A stretch of 64,000 nucleotides of DNA from Planctomycetota bacterium (lineage in GTDB: Bacteria; Planctomycetota; GCA-002687715; DRQF01), in NCBI GenBank assembly GCA_020639295.1, contig JACKGY010000008.1:66740-130739 (forward strand), in the 5' to 3' direction. Of this stretch, positions 51,735 to 60,342 are shown piece after piece (position 1 is the first letter of the stretch; each line of letters opens with the position of its first letter). The translations under genes were made by a program, and so were the position numbers. A model generated the notes under the pieces. It did not search any database and was not told the origin of the DNA. It saw only the letters and a program-made list of their open reading frames with translations.

Positions 51735-53171
51735 TCAGTCGAGTGGCTTCTCGATTTCCTCGTCCTTGTAGAGGAACACCACTCGACTTAGGTCGATCCG
51801 GCCGACGATCACTCCATCGGCCAGAACCTCGCCTCGACTGTAGGCACGATCGTTAATTATGACGACCGCGCGCTCCGGGCGATCCGGCTCGAAGACGTAG
51901 CCCTTGAGCTCGAGCTGGATCGAGGCGAACTCGACCCGGGCCTGGGCCCGGCCGGCCAGGTACTCGATCTCCCGGAAGATCTTGGCGACCTCCTCGCCGT
52001 TCGCGGCGGTCTTGGCGGCCATGATGGCCCGGGCCGAACCGACGACCTCCTCGTAGCGACCGGCGGTGAAGGCGGCGTTCATGTGCTCCAGCTCGACCTT
52101 CAGCTCGCGCTGGGCGAGACCGCGCTCGTCGACCTTCTTGCGCTCGCCGTAAAGCACGCCGAAGGGCTGCGCGAGATCCCGTTGGAAGGACTCCGCCAGG
52201 GCCTTGTCGCGGAAGGTCGCGTTCTTGTGGGCGCTCTCGATCTCGACCGCGAGCTTGGCCATCTGATCGGAGAGCTGGCGCCCGAATTCGACCTTCTTGA
52301 CGAAGCTGGTGATCAGCCCCTCCTCGTCGAGGGCCTTGCGGATGGCGGCGAAACGATCCAGCAGGCCGTCGAGGGTCTTCTTCTGCTCCTCCACGTTCTG
52401 GGCCGCGATCCTCTGGTTCTCGGCGCTGACCTCGGCCTTGAGGCGGGGATCCGCGAAGGGGTCCCGACGCTCGGGCTGGGGCAGGTAGTCGTAGGTCTCG
52501 AGCTCGAGGGAGTCGGCGATCGGCTCGGTCTCGAGGAGGGCGAGACTCCGCTTGTCGGCGTTCATGATGTCGACCTGCTGGGCACCCTTGCCGGGATTGT
52601 AGACGTAGGTCTCCAGGGTCATCTCGATCGAGTGGCGCTGCGGGCCTTCGACTTCGCCCTGCGCCGCGCTCTGCTGGTTCTTGATCGCGAAGGACTTCAC
52701 CTTGATGAAGCGATCGTGGGTCTCGAACCGGTGCATGAAGTCGAGGAACTCGCTCAGCGTGCCGTCGAGGAGCAGCTTGTAGGCGGCTTCCTCGAAGGCC
52801 GACGCGGCCTTCTTGCGACCGCGGCTGCGAGCCGCGCTGTCGTCCAGCTTGGTGATCTCCACGCCGGAGGCGGCGGAGAACTCGCTGATCTTCTGGACGA
52901 AGTCGTTGATTTCCTTGTCGTCCGGCAGGACCTTCACGTACTCGCCGACGCGATAGCGCTCGCGAAGGACGCGGTCCTCGATGTTGCGGATCTGGGCGAT
53001 CCGGCGATCGGCGGCCTGGTTCTGCATCGCCGCGGCCTGGGTGGCGAGTTCCTCCTCGCCGATGGACTTGATGTCCATGTAGACGACGCCGGCGCTGGCC
53101 AGGACGAAGGCGGCGGACACGCCGATGACGATCCAGGCCTTCTTCTTCACTTTACGAATGGAGTTCAACAC
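51735..53171 (-). CDS. pilO: PilO-like protein with a long linker and a PilP-like C-terminal domain (apparent PilO-PilP fusion)
   Basis: A GTG start lies 4 nt after GAGGAGGAA. The protein has a TM segment, a coiled coil, and a PilO-type core (LPDDKEINDFVQKISEFSAASGVEITKL..., LLLDGTLSEFLDFMHRFETHDRFIKVKSFAI). The C-terminal LELKGYVFEPDRPERAVVIINDRAYSRGEVLADGVIVGRIDLSRVVF matches the PilP beta-domain pattern. Length is 478 aa. Confidence 0.7.
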   Translation of the reverse strand: MLNSIRKVKKKAWIVIGVSAAFVLASAGVVYMDIKSIGEEELATQAAAMQNQAADRRIAQIRNIEDRVLRERYRVGEYVKVLPDDKEINDFVQKISEFSAASGVEITKLDDSAARSRGRKKAASAFEEAAYKLLLDGTLSEFLDFMHRFETHDRFIKVKSFAIKNQQSAAQGEVEGPQRHSIEMTLETYVYNPGKGAQQVDIMNADKRSLALLETEPIADSLELETYDYLPQPERRDPFADPRLKAEVSAENQRIAAQNVEEQKKTLDGLLDRFAAIRKALDEEGLITSFVKKVEFGRQLSDQMAKLAVEIESAHKNATFRDKALAESFQRDLAQPFGVLYGERKKVDERGLAQRELKVELEHMNAAFTAGRYEEVVGSARAIMAAKTAANGEEVAKIFREIEYLAGRAQARVEFASIQLELKGYVFEPDRPERAVVIINDRAYSRGEVLADGVIVGRIDLSRVVFLYKDEEIEKPLD

Positions 53172-53192
53172 GACATTCCTCCTCGGCGGCGG

Positions 53193-53933
53193 TCACTTCT
53201 TGCGGGTGGCGCCACCCTGCGGCTTGGCGTCCTTCTCGGCGACCATCTTCATCGCGGCGGCGCGCAGCTTGCGCGACTCGACCGGATCGGTCATCTGCAG
53301 GTCGAGGTCCATGGTCCAGCCCTTCTTGGGCTCGAGCTCGGGGAACTCCTCGATGTTGCCGACCGGGTCCGAGATCTCGGTGAAACCGAAGCGGAACCAG
53401 TCGCTGTTCTTCAGGGCCGCGTGGTAGTAGTTCAGCCGGACCAGCGGGTCGGAATCGGCCAGCGCGAGGCCCTTCAGGCTCATCTCGCCACCGACCGCCG
53501 GCGCCCCCTTGACCTTGGTCTTGCCGGCGTTGGCCGACGGCGGCGAGTACTTCAGCTCCTTGATCCAGACCAGGTAACCCTGGTCCGCGGTCTCGTCGCC
53601 GGCGACGGTGATGTCCGCGAGCTGATCCAGCTTCTCGGTCATCACGATCCGCCCGGCGGCGATGTCCTTGATCGTGTCGGCGCGCTTCTTGTACTCCTTC
53701 TCCTCGGAGAGGAGGGACTCCTCGTAGCGCAGGCGCGGCTGTTTCTGGGCCAGCTCCTGGTCGAGGCCCTGGCGACGATTCTGGACCTCGCCGAGCCAGA
53801 CGAAGTGCGTGTAGGCCGCGACGCTGGCAGCCGAGAGCACGCAGATGAGACCGCCGAGGATCGGGAGAAGCAGCGCGATCGGCGTCTTCTCCTTCTTGCG
53901 GTATTCCTTGGGCAGCAGGTTGATCGTGATCAT
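53193..53933 (-). CDS. pilN: Type IV pilus assembly protein PilN
   Basis: MITINLLPKEYRKKEK..., then a TM segment and a coiled coil. Its position between pilM and pilO supports the call. Confidence 0.8.
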   Translation of the reverse strand: MITINLLPKEYRKKEKTPIALLLPILGGLICVLSAASVAAYTHFVWLGEVQNRRQGLDQELAQKQPRLRYEESLLSEEKEYKKRADTIKDIAAGRIVMTEKLDQLADITVAGDETADQGYLVWIKELKYSPPSANAGKTKVKGAPAVGGEMSLKGLALADSDPLVRLNYYHAALKNSDWFRFGFTEISDPVGNIEEFPELEPKKGWTMDLDLQMTDPVESRKLRAAAMKMVAEKDAKPQGGATRKK

Positions 53934-53936
53934 GGT

Positions 53937-54956
53937 TCAGCTCTTCCGGATGCGCGCCGCGAGACCCACCGCGATGGCCATCTGGGGGCCGCCGCCGATG
54001 AGCATGTCCTGGTCGATGTCGTCGCTGACGGGGAGTCCGTCGAAGGGATTGAAGATCGAGACCGGCCGCTCCAGGATCCGCTCGAAGGACTCCTGGAAGA
54101 AGGGCAGGCGCGAGCCGCCACCGCTCAGGAGCACCCGGTCGGGCGAGCGGCCGTGCTGGTTCTCGAAGTAGTCGAAGCTCAGCTGGAGCTCGTTGCCGAG
54201 GTCGTCGATGGTCGGGAAGACGGCGTCGCGCAGCTCCTCCTCGGAGTCGCCGGGAACGCGCTTCAGGCTCTCCGCGTCCGACTCCTCCATGCCGAGGCGA
54301 CGGGCGATGGCCGAGGTGAAGTCACGACCGCCGAAGTAGATCTCCCGGGTGAACAGCGACACCCCGTCCTGCATGATGTTCACGCAGGTCTTCGTGGCGC
54401 CGACGTCGACGAAGGCCATCACCGCCCCGTCGGCCGCCTGGTCCTCCGAGTACTCGCGGACGAGGTCGTAGGCGTTGCCGAGAGCGATGGCGTCGACGTC
54501 GACGATCTCCGGAGTGAAGCCCGCCTTCTGCGCCACGTTCATGTGGGAGTCGAGGGCGCTGGTCTTCACCGCGACGAGGATCACGTTGTCGTTGCCACCG
54601 CTCTTGCCGATGCGCTGGCAGTCGATCGTGCTCTCGTCGAGCCCGAAGGGGATGTACTTCTCCGCCTCGAAGAGGATCGCGTTGCGCAGCTCCTCGTCGC
54701 TCATGGGCACCATGCTGAGATAGCGGATGATGACCATCTTGCCGGAGACGGCGGTCACGACCCGCTTGGTCTTGAAGCCGCCCTGCTTGAGAAGGTCGGC
54801 GACGGCGCGGATCTGGTCCTCGGGGGTCTGCCCCCGGGCCTCGACCTGGCCGATGCCGGTCACCTGAACACCCTTGCCGACCCGCGACAGCTCGACCGCC
54901 TTGATGGTCGAGCTTCCGATGTCGAGGCCGACGAAGCTCTTGCCTGCACTGAACAT
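53937..54956 (-). CDS. pilM: Type IV pilus assembly ATPase-fold protein PilM
   Basis: The actin-like fold is indicated by VGLDIGSSTIKAVEL, DVGATKTCVNI and LLSGGGSRLP. GGAG lies 5 nt before the ATG. Confidence 0.9.
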   Translation of the reverse strand: MFSAGKSFVGLDIGSSTIKAVELSRVGKGVQVTGIGQVEARGQTPEDQIRAVADLLKQGGFKTKRVVTAVSGKMVIIRYLSMVPMSDEELRNAILFEAEKYIPFGLDESTIDCQRIGKSGGNDNVILVAVKTSALDSHMNVAQKAGFTPEIVDVDAIALGNAYDLVREYSEDQAADGAVMAFVDVGATKTCVNIMQDGVSLFTREIYFGGRDFTSAIARRLGMEESDAESLKRVPGDSEEELRDAVFPTIDDLGNELQLSFDYFENQHGRSPDRVLLSGGGSRLPFFQESFERILERPVSIFNPFDGLPVSDDIDQDMLIGGGPQMAIAVGLAARIRKS

Positions 54957-55185
54957 GGCTGCTCCAGCCCTTCCCTTCCGACCGGGATATCTTGATGGAA
55001 CGACGCGATATATCGCTGATCGGACCGGGCTGGGCGGGGCCTTTAACGCAAGGCAAAAAGCATGCTTCGATGAATATGCACCGGCATGCGCCTGCGCGCA
55101 GGGAGCTGGCTCGCGAGCGTGACTTGCGGGACGCGAAGAGACCGGGACCGATCGAAGGGGCGCCCCGGCGGCGCGAAAAATGTCC

Positions 55186-56892
55186 TCAGAGCTTGAGGAG
55201 GCGCCTGACCTCGGCGGCGTCCGCCGCCGCCATGGCCTTGTCCGCCAGGCGGGCGCAGGCCCGGGTATCGGCGGCCCTTACCGCCTTCTTCACCGCCGGC
55301 AGCATCGGCGGCGCCATGCTCAGGTTCCGCAGGCCGAGGCCGATGAGGAGCGGGACGTAGGCCGGATCGCCGGCCATTTCGCCGCAGATCGAGACGTACT
55401 TCCCCCGCTTCTCGGCGACCAGGACGATGTGGCGCAGAAGGCGCAGGATGGCCGGGTGGCAGGGTGCATAGAGATGCGCGACCCGCTGGTTGAGGCGGTC
55501 CACGCCCAGGGTGTACTGGGTCAGGTCGTTGGTGCCGATGCTGAAGAAGTCGGCCTCGTCCGCCAGGCTCTCGATCGACAGGGCGGCGCTGGGCAGCTCG
55601 ATCATGGAGCCGACCTTCAGATCCTCGTCGAAACTCACACCGCGCTGGCGGAGCTCCTTCTTGGCCTTCTCCAGGATCGCCTTGGCGCGGCGGAACTCGC
55701 CCAGGTCCATGATCATCGGGAACATCAAGCGCAGCTTGCCGTGCACGCCGGCGCGCAGGAGGGCGCGGAGCTGGACCCGGAAGAACTCCTCCCGGGCGAA
55801 GGAGATCCGGATGGCCCGCTCGCCCATGAAGGGATTGGGCTCCCGGTGCGTGCCGAGGCTGCGGTCGAACTTGTCGGCGCCCACGTCCATCGAGCGGATG
55901 GTGACCATGTTGCCCTGCATGCCGATCAGGGCTTCCTTGTAGACCTCGTACTGCTCGTCCTCGCTCAGCGGCTCGCTGCGCCCGAGGAAGAGGAACTCGG
56001 TGCGGAACAGGCCGACGCCGCGGCCGCCGTATTCGCGGACGCGGGGCACGTCCTCCTTGACCTCGATGTTGCAGTAGAGCCGGATCTCCTGGTCGTCGCG
56101 GGTGACCGAGGGCAGGTTCTTCTGCTGGGCGTCCATCGCGGTCCGACGCCGGCTGCGTCGCCGCTTCTGGCGGTATTCGCGCAGCAGCTCGGCATCGGGG
56201 TCGATGATGACCGTGCCCTCGTCGCCGTCGACCACCACGGTGGAACCGATGGTGGCCAGGTGGGCGACGCGGGCGGCGCCGACCACGGCCGGAATTCCCA
56301 GGGCGCGGGCCAGGATCGCGGTATGGGAGGCCCAGGAGCCGCGCTCGATCGCGAAGGCCAGGACCTTGTTGCGGTCGAGATTGATCGCCTGGGTCGGGGT
56401 CAGGTCGTCGGCGACGACGATGAGCTGGCGATCGAGTTCCTTCACCTTCTCCAGCTTGCCGCCGAGCAGGTGGTTGAGCAGTCGGTGCTCGATGTCGATC
56501 AGGTCGGCGACCTTGCTCGAGAAGGTCGGGTTGTCGATCTTGTGCAGCTGCTCCGCCAGGCTGGCGATGGTCGAGCTGACCGCGTAGGGCGCGGTGAACT
56601 GCCCCTTCTCGATGGCCGCCTCGATGCCGGCGACCAGGGTGTCGTCCTTCAGGAAGTCGAGCGAGGTCGAGATGATCCGGCGGACGTCGACCGGGCCGCC
56701 GGCCTGCTCCTCGAGCAGGGTGACGATGTCCTTCTCGGTGGCGGCGAGCGCGCGCCGGAAGCGGCGCATCTCTCCTTCGACCTTCTTGACCGGAACCCGC
56801 TGTTCCCGGACCTTCACCTCCTCGGCGCTGAGGATCATCACCTTGCCGATGGCGATTCCAGGGGAGACCTTTTGGCCCTTGATGGTGTGCAT
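55186..56892 (-). CDS. ptsI: Phosphoenolpyruvate-protein phosphotransferase (PTS Enzyme I)
   Basis: SHTAILARALGIPAVVG carries the active-site His. FRTEFLF and SIGTNDLTQY are in the PEP-utilising TIM barrel. At 568 aa there is no GAF domain. Confidence 0.92.
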   Translation of the reverse strand: MHTIKGQKVSPGIAIGKVMILSAEEVKVREQRVPVKKVEGEMRRFRRALAATEKDIVTLLEEQAGGPVDVRRIISTSLDFLKDDTLVAGIEAAIEKGQFTAPYAVSSTIASLAEQLHKIDNPTFSSKVADLIDIEHRLLNHLLGGKLEKVKELDRQLIVVADDLTPTQAINLDRNKVLAFAIERGSWASHTAILARALGIPAVVGAARVAHLATIGSTVVVDGDEGTVIIDPDAELLREYRQKRRRSRRRTAMDAQQKNLPSVTRDDQEIRLYCNIEVKEDVPRVREYGGRGVGLFRTEFLFLGRSEPLSEDEQYEVYKEALIGMQGNMVTIRSMDVGADKFDRSLGTHREPNPFMGERAIRISFAREEFFRVQLRALLRAGVHGKLRLMFPMIMDLGEFRRAKAILEKAKKELRQRGVSFDEDLKVGSMIELPSAALSIESLADEADFFSIGTNDLTQYTLGVDRLNQRVAHLYAPCHPAILRLLRHIVLVAEKRGKYVSICGEMAGDPAYVPLLIGLGLRNLSMAPPMLPAVKKAVRAADTRACARLADKAMAAADAAEVRRLLKL

Positions 56893-56904
56893 ACCGGCCT
56901 CTCG

Positions 56905-57186
56905 TCAGCTCTCGTCGAAACCGCGGGCGACCAGTTCACGCAGACGCTCGACCGCGGCGCGGGCGTCGGCTCCCTCGGCCTCGATGACCAGCTCGGTGCC
57001 CTTCGGCGCGGCGAGCATCATCACTTCCATCAGGCGTTTCGCATCGGCCTCGACGCCGTTGTCCTCGTTGCGTAGCCAGATCGCGGCCGCGAAGTCACCG
57101 GCGGCCTTGACGATGAGCGCGCTGGGACGGGCATGAAGCCCCTGCTCGTTGCAGATCCGGACCCGCTCCGTGGCCTTCTCGCTCAC
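56905..57186 (-). CDS. ptsH: HPr-family phosphocarrier protein (NPr-like; the Ser46 position is Arg)
   Basis: GLHARPSALIV contains His15. Hand alignment to B. subtilis HPr places AKRLMEVMML opposite LKSIMGVMSL. The GTG start overlaps the yvcK stop (GTGA), giving 93 aa. The track start at 57222 would overlap yvcK by 40 nt. Confidence 0.8.
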   Translation of the reverse strand: MSEKATERVRICNEQGLHARPSALIVKAAGDFAAAIWLRNEDNGVEADAKRLMEVMMLAAPKGTELVIEAEGADARAAVERLRELVARGFDES

Positions 57187-58163
57187 GCTCCCCTCCCCTT
57201 GCGGCGCAGGATGTCCAGGCAATCCAGCACCGCCGTGGCCAGACGCGTGGGACTGTGGCGGACCTTCTCGCCCGGCTCCAGCAGGTCGGCGCGATGCAGG
57301 GGCAGGCCGTCGATCTGGTCCTCGTCGAGCACCACGATCGGGACGCTGCCGCTCTCCGCATAACGCCGGCGCTGGCCCTCGTCGATCTGATCCGAAGGCG
57401 CGAGGATCATGTCCAGGTCGAGGCCACAGGAGAGATCGCGCAGGATCCGGATCTGGTCGCTCAGGGTGAAGCCCTCGGTCTGACCGGGTTCGGTCATCAG
57501 GTTGGCGACGCAGAGCACCGGTGCCCGGGACGCGTTCACCGCCGCCACCATGCCGGGTACGAGGAGGTTGGGCAGGACCTCGGTGTGGATCTTGCCCGGC
57601 CCGACGCAGATGAGATCGGCCTGTTCCAGGGCCTCGCGGATCTCGGCCCCCACCGGCGCCGGTCGCGGCACCAGCCGCACCGCCGAGATCGGCTTCTTCG
57701 ACATGGCGATCACCACCTGCCCGGTGCTCTTGGAACCGTCGGGATGCTCCGCCACCAGGGTGATCTTGGCGTCGGTGGCCGGGATCACCCGGCCGCGCAC
57801 CTCGAGCAGGCGGCGGGCCTGTTCGAGCGCCAGGCGGAAGTCACCGCTGATCCGGGTGAGGGCGGCGATGAACAGGTTCCCGAAGCTGTGGTCCTTGAGG
57901 TAGGAGTCCTCGAAGCGGTACTCGAAGAGATCCTTCAGCAGCGGTTCGCCCTCGGACATGGCCACGAGGCAGTCGCGGATCGCGCCGGGGGGCGGGATGC
58001 TGAAGTCCTTGCGCAGCCGCCCGGAGCTGCCCCCGTCGTCGGCGACGGTGATCACGGCGCAGAGGTCCACGGACCGCGACTTGAGACCCGACAGGAGGGT
58101 CTTCATCCCGGCGCCGCCGCCGATGGCGACGATGTTCAACATCGGAGTGTCCTGGTCGCTCAT
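57183..58163 (-). CDS. yvcK: YvcK/CofD-family protein (gluconeogenesis factor, UPF0052)
   Basis: IVAIGGGAGMKTLLSGLK, AVITVADDGGSSGRLR and IRDCLVAMS motifs. Length is 326 aa. Confidence 0.85.
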   Translation of the reverse strand: MSDQDTPMLNIVAIGGGAGMKTLLSGLKSRSVDLCAVITVADDGGSSGRLRKDFSIPPPGAIRDCLVAMSEGEPLLKDLFEYRFEDSYLKDHSFGNLFIAALTRISGDFRLALEQARRLLEVRGRVIPATDAKITLVAEHPDGSKSTGQVVIAMSKKPISAVRLVPRPAPVGAEIREALEQADLICVGPGKIHTEVLPNLLVPGMVAAVNASRAPVLCVANLMTEPGQTEGFTLSDQIRILRDLSCGLDLDMILAPSDQIDEGQRRRYAESGSVPIVVLDEDQIDGLPLHRADLLEPGEKVRHSPTRLATAVLDCLDILRRKGRGA

Positions 58164-58295
58164 GCGCGCCCGGATTGTATGCGGAGAGCCCGACCCTGCA
58201 CAGGGAGGCTGGACACCCGCCGGGCCTGGACAGCAAGAGAGCCGTCCCCGGGCTGGGGACGGCTCTCTCGAGGTCGGTCCAGGTTCTGGTCTGGA

Positions 58296-58613
58296 TCAGG
58301 CCGCGTCCGCGCGGCGGCGGAGGATCCGGGCCTTCAGGCGCCGGAGTTGCTTCTCCAGCTTGGCCTGGGCCCGCAGGACGGCGCTCCGGGGCGAGTCCCC
58401 TTCGGCGCGCGCGCTGAACTGCTGTCCCTTCGTCCAGCCCACCGTCATCTCCACCGTCGCCTGGCCACCGGCGCTGACCACGACCACCTGGGCGTCGTGA
58501 AGGCGGTTCACGAACCGCTCGAGTCTCATGATCTTCGAGCGGATGAACTGCTCGAGGCTGGCGGAAAGCTGGCAGTGACGGGCGGTGATTCGGACGTCCA
58601 TGATCGTCTCCAT
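58296..58613 (-). CDS. hpf: Ribosome hibernation promoting factor (HPF/RaiA family, short form)
   Basis: MDVRITARHCQLSASLEQFIRSKIMRLERF... fits the sigma-54 modulation protein fold pattern. The start is either ATG 58613, 9 nt after GAGGAG, or ATG 58601. Confidence 0.8.
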   Translation of the reverse strand: METIMDVRITARHCQLSASLEQFIRSKIMRLERFVNRLHDAQVVVVSAGGQATVEMTVGWTKGQQFSARAEGDSPRSAVLRAQAKLEKQLRRLKARILRRRADAA

Positions 58614-58647
58614 CTTGGTCGGCTCCTCGGCCGGACACGACTGGAAC

Positions 58648-59436
58648 TCAGCCGGTCCCACCGACCTCATAGAGTACCCGCACAAGATGGAGCCCGCGTG
58701 CAGGAACCGTCGGGCCGGAGAATTTTCGTTCGCCGCCTTCGAGCAGCCTGGCGATGGTGGCCTCGTCGAGCTTGCCTTGACCGACGTAAACGAGGCTGCC
58801 GACGATGATTCGAACCATGTTGTAAAGGAAGCCGTCGGCCGAGAGTTCGACCTGTAGGAAGCGTCCGTCCTCGATCAGCTCGACCGCGTGCATGGTGCGG
58901 CGGCAGTCGCCGATGCGCTCCGCCTCGTGGCAGAAGGCCGAGAAGTCGTGCCGGCCGACGAAGAGCCGGGCGGCGCGACGCATGGCCTCGCGATCGAGCG
59001 GCCCCCGCAGGTGGTGGCTGCGTGCCCGCATCAGCGGTGCCTTGGCGCGTCCGGTGAGCAGGGTGTAACGGTAGGTCTTGCTCCGCGCCGAGAAACGGGC
59101 ATGGAAGAAGAGGCCCACCTCCCGGGCCTCGAGCACGGCGACGTCCTCGGGCAGGACCGCGTCCAGAGCGCGTCCGAGATCGGCGGCGGGCATCCGGTGC
59201 ATCAGCGTGAAGCTGGCGACCTGGCCAAGGGCATGGACCCCGGCATCGGTACGCCCGGAGCCGTTGATCACCGGTCGTTCGCCGGTGATCCGGGCGATCG
59301 CGTCCTCGAGGACCTGCTCGATCCCGAGACCGTTCTTCTGTTTCTCCCAGCCACAGTAGCGGCTGCCGTCGTATTCGAGCACCAGGGCGATGTTGCGTGG
59401 GGCCGGAGGCAGTGGCTCCTCCGGGGCGGCGGTCAA
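58648..59436 (-). CDS. truA: tRNA pseudouridine(38-40) synthase TruA
   Basis: IALVLEYDGSRYCGWEKQ and GSGRTDAGVHALGQV carry the catalytic Asp. There is no in-frame ATG near the conserved N-terminus. A TTG at 59436 overlaps the upstream stop (TTGA) and gives 262 aa. Confidence 0.85.
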   Translation of the reverse strand: MTAAPEEPLPPAPRNIALVLEYDGSRYCGWEKQKNGLGIEQVLEDAIARITGERPVINGSGRTDAGVHALGQVASFTLMHRMPAADLGRALDAVLPEDVAVLEAREVGLFFHARFSARSKTYRYTLLTGRAKAPLMRARSHHLRGPLDREAMRRAARLFVGRHDFSAFCHEAERIGDCRRTMHAVELIEDGRFLQVELSADGFLYNMVRIIVGSLVYVGQGKLDEATIARLLEGGERKFSGPTVPARGLHLVRVLYEVGGTG

Positions 59437-60284
59437 GGCTCGTCCTCGCCGGCCTCGGGCGACTGCCGCGGCCAGCGGACACCGTCGACCTTGCAGCGCT
59501 CGAAGCGCGACATGTCCACCTCGGCGCCGCGGAAGTCGGCCTCGCTGAGATCGCAGGCCACGAAGCCGGCCTCGTGCACCAGCGCGTGCTGGAGGTTGCT
59601 GCGCCGGAGGCTGGCCTCGTTGAGCATCGACTGCTTGAGATCGATGCCGCTCATGTCGGCACCATCGAAACGGGCGCCGAGGAGATCGCTGAAGGCGAGG
59701 AAACAATCGACCAGGATCGCCTCGCTGAAGTCGGCCCGCGCGGCCCGGGCATGGTTGAGATCCGCCTGGCTGAGGTCCGCCCCGCCCAGATCGCAATCGG
59801 CGAGTTCGGCGCGCTGCATGCTGACCGCCTTCATGCTCGCCCCGGCCAGGTTGCCATGGCGCAGGCAGGCCCGCTCGAGGAAGGCGTAGTCGAGGTGGGC
59901 GCCGGCGCCCTCCACCTCGCTCAGATCAGCCCCTTCCATGAGGGCGAACTCGAAGCGGCTCCCGCGCAGATTCGCGCCCTTGAGGTCGGCGCCGGCGAGC
60001 TGGGCGCGATCGAAGGACGCTCCCCCGAGTTCGGTCAGGACCAGGCGGGCACCGCTGAGATCGGCGCCATCGAACCGCGCGCCGCTGAGGTCGGCACCGC
60101 TCAGATCGATGCCCCTTAGGTCGCGACCTTCGAGCCGGGCGTGGCGCAGATTGCCGCCCCGCAGACGACCGGCCCGACCGGCGGCGAGCAGACGCTCCGC
60201 GGCCTCGTTCCAGTCCTCGATCCGGGTGGCGGGAAGGCCCAGCTCGCTGAGGGCATCGTCATCGGCGTATCGTTTGGCGACCAT
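59433..60284 (-). CDS. Pentapeptide-repeat protein
   Basis: A long run of A(D/N)LSG-type pentapeptides: GADLSGARFDGADLSGARL, GADLKGANLRGSRF, GADLSQADLNHARA, ... Confidence 0.88.
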   Translation of the reverse strand: MVAKRYADDDALSELGLPATRIEDWNEAAERLLAAGRAGRLRGGNLRHARLEGRDLRGIDLSGADLSGARFDGADLSGARLVLTELGGASFDRAQLAGADLKGANLRGSRFEFALMEGADLSEVEGAGAHLDYAFLERACLRHGNLAGASMKAVSMQRAELADCDLGGADLSQADLNHARAARADFSEAILVDCFLAFSDLLGARFDGADMSGIDLKQSMLNEASLRRSNLQHALVHEAGFVACDLSEADFRGAEVDMSRFERCKVDGVRWPRQSPEAGEDEP

Positions 60285-60342
60285 GCCGCGATCGTATGGC
60301 GCCCTGGAGGGGGCGGCAAGCTGGCTCGGCCCGGTGCCGGGC

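Noticed and set aside
46440-57075. Long antisense ORFs over the kinase, pilQ, pilO/N/M and ptsI genes (46440..49361 minus; 48758..51700, 52083..54995 and 55180..57075 plus).
   Set aside because: These are the same artefact. Each overlaps a gene with strong family motifs on the other strand and translates to a low-complexity Arg/Gly/Asp/Glu sequence.
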